The notes beneath the pieces are model-generated. The model was not told where the DNA came from, searched no databases, and saw only the letters and a list, made by a program, of their open reading frames with translations. This document shows, piece by piece, positions 1 through 5,693 of a DNA stretch of 5,819 nt (positions are counted from its first letter, which is position 1; each line of letters begins with the position of its first letter). The position numbers and the translations under genes are program-made. The DNA is from Amoeboradix gromovi X-113 (taxonomy: Eukaryota > Fungi > Sanchytriomycota): contig JADGIF010000625.1 of assembly GCA_018985225.1 (NCBI GenBank), positions 1 through 5,819 of the forward strand, read 5' to 3'.

Positions 1-13
1 CTCTTGAATCCAT
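1..13 (-). CDS. Probable 5' end (MDSR...) of a second NAA30/MAK3 copy that continues beyond the left edge of the window
   Basis: Positions 2-16 (tcttgaatccataaa) are identical to 5483-5497, which contain the ATG of the NAA30 fragment. The upstream ~45 nt (14-57 vs 5495-5538) also align loosely (tgagat, ccaa.ttg, aca.gaaa). Only four codons are visible. Confidence 0.5.
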
Positions 14-57
14 AAAATTAATAAAGCTGAGATAATGTGCCAAGTTGTTACAGAAAG

Positions 58-87
58 TTAGTCCAGTTTTTATATTTGATGTCCCAT
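58..87. repeat. 30-bp sequence that is an inverted repeat of 5651-5680 (left copy)
   Basis: Reverse complement of 58-87 = ATGGGACATCAAATATAAAAACTGGACTAA; 5651-5680 = ATGGGACACCAAATATAAAAACTAGACTAA; 28/30 identical. Confidence 0.9.
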
Positions 88-162
88 TTGTAGTTCTGAA
101 AGTAAATGACGCATGATCCAAAGAGACTGTCTTAAATTATATGCTTATATGCATTATTACTT

Positions 163-320
163 AATCACCCTTCTGCATAGAAGCGTAATATACCATTCGC
201 AGTTCTACTCGTTCAAAGTCCTGATTTCCGAGAAAATCGAGAACTTTCGCAGAGAAACTAGCAGTGCCAGATGCTCCGTTACACTGACTGCTCACGCTTT
301 CACTAACCTGAGGCGGGATT
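163..320 (-). ncRNA. Putative omegaRNA-like structured RNA scaffold downstream of TnpB/Fanzor relic C
   Basis: Nested stems on the minus strand: AATC-CC/GG-TGATT outer stem; AAGCGTGA(299-292)/TTACGCTT(188-181); GCAGT(291-287)/ACTGC(265-261) with inner CAG/CTG; AAAGTTCT(247-240)/AGGACTTT(222-215); GATTTT(238-233)/GAAATC(228-223). Non-canonical pairs are G-U on the minus strand but A-C on the plus strand. The fold begins ~50 nt after the DRD RuvC-III-like motif, on the same strand. Confidence 0.6.
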
Positions 321-334
321 GAATAAGGATGCAT

Positions 335-432
335 ATACTTGATGTATATGTTCGTTGCTGCCATATGGTCTCTATCTATCTTCAAATAACAATTAGTTTT
401 CTTTAGAGTACCAAACCTCGTACATGGCATCG
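335..432 (-). pseudogene. TnpB/Fanzor C-terminal relic C (broken Zn finger plus RuvC-III motif)
   Basis: Translates as MPCTRFGTLKKTN-CYLKIDRDHMAATNIYIK, matching the TnpB/Fanzor C-terminus CxxCG...CxxC...DRDxxAAxNI, with one Cys substituted and an internal deletion. DRD codons are at 376-368. Confidence 0.8.
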
Positions 433-434
433 CA

Positions 435-692
435 TTTGTTCCTTGGTGCCATGTGGCCCATGTCGACTTCCAAATGACACTATGTACATGAATAGCTCTT
501 CAAATTGGTTTTCTTTAGAGTGCCACATACTGTACATGGCATCGAATCTTCGTGTTTGGACCAGCTTATCAGTCTGAGACGAATGTATGCTGTACCTGTA
601 GTTATTTATTTAGATTTGATTTACCATTGCGAAGATAAAGAATATCGAGTGTTTATGGCATTAGAAAAATCTGGAAAAGTCTTGAAATGATA
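435..692 (-). pseudogene. TnpB/Fanzor relic B (C-terminal part with frameshifts, stops and deletions)
   Basis: Across frameshifts it reads YHFKT..(RF)..DIL..SSQ(M)V-SNLNK-TT..HTF-LRLISWSKHEDSMPCTVCGTLKKTNLKSYSCT*CHLEVDMGHMAPRNK. The CxxCG..CxxC Zn finger is intact apart from an internal stop, and the DRDxxAAxN motif is degenerate. Confidence 0.75.
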
Positions 693-721
693 CAAAAATA
701 TATACAAATACGCGATAAATG

Positions 722-1050
722 ATTTATTCAAGAAAATAGTCAAGCTGTCACATTGTCTTTATCTTCTTGTACATAGCAATTTGTAATCATATCTCTAACT
801 TGCGTTTTTCTTTAGATCACCAAAACTTGTACAATTATGGCTTTTAAATGCTTCATTACATTGCAAAATGTCTCTCCTCTTTCTTGCGGTTCCACTTTAT
901 TCCAGACCATTTTAAAATACATTGTATATGCAGTTAGAAATTCTAGAAAGAGAGCTGTTGTGGCGATAGAGCACATGTGATCATATTAAATAGTCTGTAC
1001 TGTTAAACTCGATAATTGCTTCGCTTAAAAAGAAGGTAAATTATTTTTTA
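722..1050 (-). pseudogene. TnpB/Fanzor relic A (C-terminal part)
   Basis: One frame from 1019 to ~780 reads ..SLSRISNCIYNVF*NGLE*SGTARKRRDILQCNEAFKSHNCTSFGDLKKNAS*RYDY, then after frameshifts NCYVQEDKDNVTA/TIFLNK. NEAFxS followed by C matches the E-x-Y-T-S-x-x-C motif, and DKD matches DRD. The DNA resembles relics B and C (ttttctttaga...tgtaca). The upstream boundary is uncertain. Confidence 0.65.
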
Positions 1051-1055
1051 AAAGT

Positions 1056-2030
1056 TTATTGACTGTATATCATTAGGTTTGGTGACTCTCGATCTTTCAT
1101 ATAAAGAACATTTCTAGTTGCCCTGTTAAACAATTCCAGAGTATTTAATATACCCTCGCCCAAATGCAAGGCTAGAACACCAGCTACATGTGCAGCAGAC
1201 ATTGAACTGCCAGAAACTATCTCGAAAGCATTTTGCCTAGTTGTAGTTGAAACGTAGTGTCCAGGAGCAAATATGTTTAGACAAGAACCATAATTAGAAT
1301 ACTCTTCTACAGCATCCCTGGAATTCACACTTCCCACTGTAATTGCATATTGCGCCGAAGAAGGCGAAAATCTGCAGGCGTCTTGGTTATGATTACCAGC
1401 GCTAACTACAACTTTTAATCCCTGCTGAACTGCTGCGTTGACTGCGTTGTTGACTACCTCATTGTAGGGCCCTAACAAACTTAACAAAGCAACTGCAGGT
1501 GTATTGCCTTTGTGATTTACTGCAAACTGAAGAGCTCTAAGTACGTCGGCATAATATCCATTGTTTTGATCATTCACAATCTTAAGACTTACCAATGAAC
1601 ATTTCTTTGCGATTCCAACAGTTGAACCACCAACAATACCTGCTACGTTAGAACCATGACCAGTGCTATCGTAGTAACCGGTTGAAGTGAAGTCGACAGG
1701 AAAGGTTAGTCTATCTTGGTAATCAGAATGATAGTTCACACCGCTGTCAATAACATACACCTTTTGTTCTTTACCCGAGTTGTCAAAATACTGATATCTA
1801 CCATCTATGCCATAGCGTTGATCTATTCTGTCGAGATTCCAGCTTGGTTGGTACTGAATACTTTGAGTTTGAAATTTAGAGTTTGGGCCAGTGATGAATA
1901 AATCTGGAGACGGTACAGGAATGTCTACAATGTTAGCTTTGAAGTTTCCAATGTTGATTTCAGTATCTTCGCTAGAATCCGGATGATATTGCACCAAAAA
2001 GCTCGAATATAGTAAACGGAAAAGTAACAT
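1056..2030 (-). CDS. Subtilisin-like serine protease, family S8A (proteinase K/cerevisin type), 324 aa
   Basis: WNLDRIDQR mature N-terminus; catalytic Asp (VYVIDSG), His (GHGSNVAG) and Ser (SGSSMSAAHVAG); oxyanion Asn (SAGN); DACRFSPSSA, SNYGSCLNIFAPG and C-terminal PNLMIY. Short hydrophobic N-terminus and a reduced propeptide. Confidence 0.96.
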   Translation of the reverse strand: MLLFRLLYSSFLVQYHPDSSEDTEINIGNFKANIVDIPVPSPDLFITGPNSKFQTQSIQYQPSWNLDRIDQRYGIDGRYQYFDNSGKEQKVYVIDSGVNYHSDYQDRLTFPVDFTSTGYYDSTGHGSNVAGIVGGSTVGIAKKCSLVSLKIVNDQNNGYYADVLRALQFAVNHKGNTPAVALLSLLGPYNEVVNNAVNAAVQQGLKVVVSAGNHNQDACRFSPSSAQYAITVGSVNSRDAVEEYSNYGSCLNIFAPGHYVSTTTRQNAFEIVSGSSMSAAHVAGVLALHLGEGILNTLELFNRATRNVLYMKDRESPNLMIYSQ

Positions 2031-2078
2031 CCCCTGGCTTTAACGCCAAGAACTTGCCAAGATGTAGGGTGAAACAAC
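2031..2078. promoter_or_regulatory. 48-bp divergent intergenic region, presumed bidirectional promoter
   Basis: Separates the head-to-head start codons at 2030 (-) and 2079 (+). No specific motif recognised. Confidence 0.45.
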
Positions 2079-3137
2079 ATGAAAATCGAACTGAATTATG
2101 ACATTTTGGCGGTTCTTTGCCAAAACCTTTCAGAAACAGATATCAATTCGCTGTGCTGCGTAAACAAGTACTTCGAATCGAGTTTGAAACCTATTCGCCG
2201 AGTTAATCTAAGCTCTTGTAACTTAAGATCTTTTCTTGATGGCCTATTTGAACCGCTGCATGTAAGAGAATTAAAAATAGGCTGCAGGTTAGACAATATC
2301 TCAGGGTATGATACTCTTTTCAAATTCGTTACTTGCGATTCGTTAATTATTGACCCTTCAAATTTAGGTATCGACTTCTTGTTTCCGCTTCGTTTTGCCA
2401 GTGGTATAAAGCATCTAGCAATTCTGAAAGGTTCGTTTAGCTCTGTAAATCTTTCTCCATTTCATTCTCTGCGATCGGTTACCATTGAAAACCAGAAAGA
2501 TGGTTACTCTATGAATCAACATCTAAAAAAACATTCAAACATAGTCAAGCTAACTATAAGAAACTGTGACTTTGAGGCGAAATCAGAGCTTCAAGATTAC
2601 ATTTTTGGCGGTCAGAATTCGCTGCCACTAGTCGAATATACTCGGAAGATCCCGGAAATTAAAGAGCTTTTGGCTTTTAACTGCAGTATCAAATCCAATG
2701 GAATAGCATTTGAGCTCTTTTCACTGACCCCTTTGTGGTTCCCTGAATTAACAACTTTTGTTTGTCACACTGCAGAGATTTCAGATCTAAAGCCACTGTT
2801 ACTACGGTGTAAAAATTTAGAATACCTTGAACTTAAGTCAGCTTTCCTGAAATTAAATGATCTGGAATGTAGTTCTTGTTTAAAACAGCTAAATCTTATC
2901 GCAGACACCATAAGTTTGGATGCTGCAATAGCAGACCTGAAGTTGAAATCTTTAAAGCTGACCTGCAGGTCCATGATAAGCTCTGCCTATATACCTCACA
3001 TGCCAGCATGTGATTCGATTTTAATAGAGACGAAGAATGGTAAGATACACAAGAATGGAGGTCTGTGGTATTTTTTCAAAGAAAAATGGTTGAGAATAGA
3101 GGAAGCGGATGCACTTAGGGTAATGAATAAGAATTAA
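2079..3137 (+). CDS. F-box domain protein with leucine-rich-repeat-like C-terminal region, 352 aa
   Basis: N-terminal LNYDILAVLCQNLSETDINSLCCVNKYF fits the F-box pattern. Repeated LxxLxL units follow (IKHLAI, LRSVTI, IVKLTI, LEYLEL, LKQLNL, LKSLKL). Confidence 0.8.
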   Translation: MKIELNYDILAVLCQNLSETDINSLCCVNKYFESSLKPIRRVNLSSCNLRSFLDGLFEPLHVRELKIGCRLDNISGYDTLFKFVTCDSLIIDPSNLGIDFLFPLRFASGIKHLAILKGSFSSVNLSPFHSLRSVTIENQKDGYSMNQHLKKHSNIVKLTIRNCDFEAKSELQDYIFGGQNSLPLVEYTRKIPEIKELLAFNCSIKSNGIAFELFSLTPLWFPELTTFVCHTAEISDLKPLLLRCKNLEYLELKSAFLKLNDLECSSCLKQLNLIADTISLDAAIADLKLKSLKLTCRSMISSAYIPHMPACDSILIETKNGKIHKNGGLWYFFKEKWLRIEEADALRVMNKN

Positions 3138-3199
3138 TACAGACTGTAAATATTTAAATAAATTCTTATTTTTCAGGCATATAGTACACTTTTCAAAAC

Positions 3200-3890
3200 T
3201 TCTCACTGGGCATTTGTCACAATCAAAAAGAAACTAATGGAAGACTAGCCTTGTTAATGCTGTAAATCTGATAAATACAGCAACACCTAGAAGTTAATGG
3301 TTTTTAAATAATTAAATAAGCTCTGCTAAAGAGGCCTCGTATTCATATTAGCACAAAGTATAAGATGAACAGAGTTCTAATGTTAAAATTACCAACGTAT
3401 GTGGCGTTTTGTTTGTTGTCATGGTCCGATATGTGACTCACTACAAAAACTATTGAAAAAAGACTCAGTAAATACATTTGGAGTAGAAACTGTAGCGTAT
3501 TTATCACCTATACTATTGGTTAAACCCCTGTGCGGAATTTATCTTTGCCATTCTAGTCTATCACCATTGCTCAAATACAGCACAATGGACCCACTGGTGT
3601 GAAATTGAACCACTCTAAGATCTTGGAGTGAAGTTATGCTGCAATTGCTCTCAACGACTAATGTAGTTTTTGATGTTCTAAAAGCAATAGCAAGAAAAAA
3701 AGATGATCTTCCACTGAGAGCGTAAACTCGCTCATTGTTCGGATATTAATGGCCATTCTGTTGATTATGTAACAGCCAAAATGCTGTAAACAGTCATTTT
3801 ATAACACTCAAAACATTCTCTTCTCTAGATCATACTATATTCGAGTCTTGAACCGCGATTCAGCGCTATTTCTAAAGCTTGCCAGTTTCC
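3200..3890 (+). pseudogene. Heavily decayed TnpB/Fanzor relic D spanning RuvC-I to RuvC-III
   Basis: Motifs occur in the expected order across frameshifts: ILLVKPLCGIYLC..STMDPLV*N (DP at 3588-3593, cf. DPGVRT RuvC-I); KKDDL-H* (3702-3717, cf. DDLHWK); TAKML*-SHF (cf. TxRxMLxxSHYxF); VLNRDSA--LFLK (NRD at 3851-3859, RuvC-III). The Zn finger appears deleted. The boundary upstream of ~3500 is weakly supported. Confidence 0.55.
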
Positions 3891-4008
3891 AGAATTGTCG
3901 AAGGCATCGAAAGCAGAAATCTAGAAGCTGATTCATTCGCGCTTCAGGTAGCGGAAAAGTGGGCGAAAAACTTAGCAGAGCAACTATCTGCTTCTCTATA
4001 GAATTTCT
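3891..4008 (+). ncRNA. Second putative omegaRNA-like scaffold, downstream of relic D
   Basis: Outer AGAATT/AATTTCT stem; AAGCAGA(3911-3917)/TCTGCTT(3987-3993); inner hairpin GAAGC-TGA..TCG-C-GCTTC; second arm AAGT..ACTT. Shares the landmarks GAAAGC...GCG(GA)AAAGT...ACTT.G.A.GAG.A..ACT...GCTTCT with 163-320. Confidence 0.5.
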
Positions 4009-4107
4009 TGCTTTTTCATAAATAAGTATTTCTAATGGGGATTTACTACTCAATGTTTTAATTATTTTTCATTGCATCATAAATTTGCCAATCGGGGCAT
4101 CAGGCTG

Positions 4108-5254
4108 ATGCTCTGGTTCACAACTTTGCAAGCATCGTTATTCTCTGATAATTTCGATTCTGGTCTCGTATGGAAGAAAGGTAAGGCAGACGGCGTAATG
4201 AAAGTTCAAAAACACAAGCTTTTAGACTTCAAGGGCCTAGTAACTACTACTGACTACAAGTTCTACCATTATGTTGCTCCAGTTAAAGAGTTTAGCACTA
4301 AATCCAAGCCTTTAGTCCTCCAGTTTGCTGTAACATTTGAGCAAGCTCTTAACTGCGGTGGTGGATATTTAAAAGTTATCCCAACTACTACAGCTTCTGC
4401 TTTTGACGGTGATAGCCTTTATCACATAATGTTTGGCCCAGATATCTGTGGCCCTACCAAGAAAGTACACTTTATCATCAACTACAAGGGAAAGAATCAC
4501 AATGTCAAACACCACCTGAGTGCTCCACATGATACTTTGACCCATATTTACACTTTGATAATCACTCCAAATCAAAAGTACGATATATTAATCGATGATA
4601 AGAGCATTAAGGAAGGCAGCTTGATTGAAGACTTTGAGTTTTTACCCCCAAAGACTATCTTAGACCCAAATGCAAAGAAACCTGAAGACTGGGATGATCG
4701 CGCTAAAATTCCAGACGAAACTGACGAAAAGCCTTCTGACTGGTAATTTGTTTTAATTAAGGGATGACGTAGATCAGTATATAGATGACCCTGATGCACA
4801 AAAGCCGGACAATTGGGATGATGAAATGGATGGAGAATATGAGGCACCTCAAATTGTAAACCCCGAGTACAAGGGAGAATGGAAGGCCCGAATGATTGAC
4901 AACCCAAAGTATCAGGGTGAATGGATTCATCCTGAAATCTCTAACCCTGAGTATAAGTTGGATAAAGAGATATATGTTAAACAGGTAGGAGGTTTAGCTA
5001 TTGATGTATGGCAAGTTGAAAGTGGTACCTTGTATAGCCATGTGTTGCTAACAAATGACGAGAAGGAAGCTTCAGATATCAGAGTAAAATTGATGGAGTT
5101 AAAGGACAAGGAAGAAGAGTTAAAGAAGGCTGCTGATGAGGAAAAGAGCAAGAAGGCTGCTAAGGAAGCCGAAAAAGAAGCTGCAGAAGCCGCAAAGAAT
5201 AACAAGGAGAAGGAAGCAGATGGAGACGAAGTAGACGAAAACGAAGAATTGTAA
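4108..5254 (+). CDS. CALR: Calreticulin, two exons (4108-4742 and 4762-5254), 375 aa
   Basis: CGGGYLK, YHIMFGPDICG, THIYTLI, P-domain repeats (KPEDWDD, KPSDWDD, KPDNWDDEMDGEY, NPEYKGEWK, NPKYQGEW), DVWQVESGT, acidic/lysine-rich tail ending NEEL*, and no C-terminal TM segment (so not calnexin). The ATG at 4108 is preferred over the ORF-track TTG at 4072. Confidence 0.96.
4743..4761 (+). other. 19-nt spliceosomal intron GTAATTTGTTTTAATTAAG
   Basis: GT...AG ends, AT-rich, and contains the in-frame stop. Removal joins TG+G to give KPSD-W-DDVDQYIDDPDAQKPDNWDD, in frame with the 4826 ORF. Confidence 0.9.
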
Positions 5255-5256
5255 TC

Positions 5257-5262
5257 AATAAA
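5257..5262 (+). promoter_or_regulatory. Possible polyadenylation signal AATAAA for calreticulin
   Basis: AATAAA lies 2 nt after the stop codon. The AT-rich context makes a chance match possible. Confidence 0.35.
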
Positions 5263-5280
5263 AATTTTAATTGAATTATA

Positions 5281-5494
5281 ATACTAATGTATCCTCGATT
5301 TCTATTTGCTTCTAATCTACATATCAATCCACCAAAAATGTTTCCATCAATTTGTAAAACCCAGTCACTTCAGGCCAGTTATGAAGAAAATATCTGTAGG
5401 TGTATATCGAATAGCGTTCACTGAGAGATTTATTTACTAATTTAATTAAATCATCGGTGTCTAACTTGCAAAATGGGCGTATTCTTGAATCCAT
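5281..5494 (-). pseudogene. NAA30: NatC catalytic subunit NAA30/MAK3 5' fragment, frameshifted and truncated
   Basis: MDSRIRPF..LVNKSLSERYSIYTYRYFLHNWPE matches LSEPYSIYTYRYFIHNWP with a P->R change. After a 1-nt frameshift near 5362 it continues VLQIDGNIFGGLICRLEANRNRGYIS (cf. GAIVCKL..RGYIAM). Similarity then ends before the acetyl-CoA-binding motif. No GT-AG mini-intron rescues either lesion. Confidence 0.85.
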
Positions 5495-5538
5495 AAATTT
5501 CAACTCCGTGAGATTGCGCACCAAATTGACAAGAAAAG

Positions 5539-5680
5539 CTATCTGCTTCTCTTGAAAAACTCATTTATCATGATTGCATCTATTTTAAGTTCCAATAATC
5601 TTTTTGCAGACACTTAAATGGTAAAAAATCAGGAAGAGATGCCCTAAGATATGGGACACCAAATATAAAAACTAGACTAA
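5539..5680 (+). repeat. Inverted, diverged copy of 58-~190 (3' strand of the scaffold stem plus downstream segment, ending in the 30-bp repeat)
   Basis: 5651-5680 matches rc(58-87) at 28/30; gcatctattttaag matches gcatataatttaag at 12/14; 5539-5552 CTATCTGCTTCTCT is identical to 3984-3997 and similar to TATTACGCTTCT in scaffold C. Confidence 0.65.
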
Positions 5681-5693
5681 GTCGTTTTTAAAG

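Noticed and set aside
163-320. Structured region as tRNA, SRP RNA or snRNA
   Set aside because: No cloverleaf or T-loop, SRP helix-8 motif or clear Sm site recognised; its position after a DRD motif fits an omegaRNA better. An Rfam scan is still needed.
113-690. Plus-strand ORFs 113-322 and 505-690
   Set aside because: No recognisable motifs; they are antisense to the scaffold and to relic B.
396-835. Three similar ~30-40 bp segments (near 396, 507 and 804) as a CRISPR-like array
   Set aside because: Spacing is irregular and the copies are diverged; they are the Zn-finger-coding parts of the three relics.
435-1050. Stop-codon reassignment explaining the in-frame TAA/TAG/TGA codons in the relics
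   Set aside because: The intact genes end in TAA and have no internal stops, and the relics also carry frameshifts and deletions.
1716-3206. ORFs 1716-1901 (+), 2096-2323 (-), 2765-2974 (-) and 3021-3206 (-)
   Set aside because: Antisense shadows of the subtilase and F-box genes.
3399-3602. 67-aa ORF as a stand-alone gene
   Set aside because: Better explained as a surviving frame of relic D, ending at the degenerate RuvC-I DP motif.
3835-4053. 72-aa minus-strand ORF
   Set aside because: Non-ATG start, no motifs, and antisense to scaffold D.
4072-4107. TTG start and 12-aa N-terminal extension of calreticulin; two separate calreticulin ORFs
   Set aside because: The eukaryotic context favours the ATG at 4108, and the two ORFs are joined by the 19-nt intron.
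4369-5205. Minus-strand ORFs 4369-4575, 4572-4907 and 4927-5205
   Set aside because: Antisense shadows of calreticulin, including its low-complexity tail.
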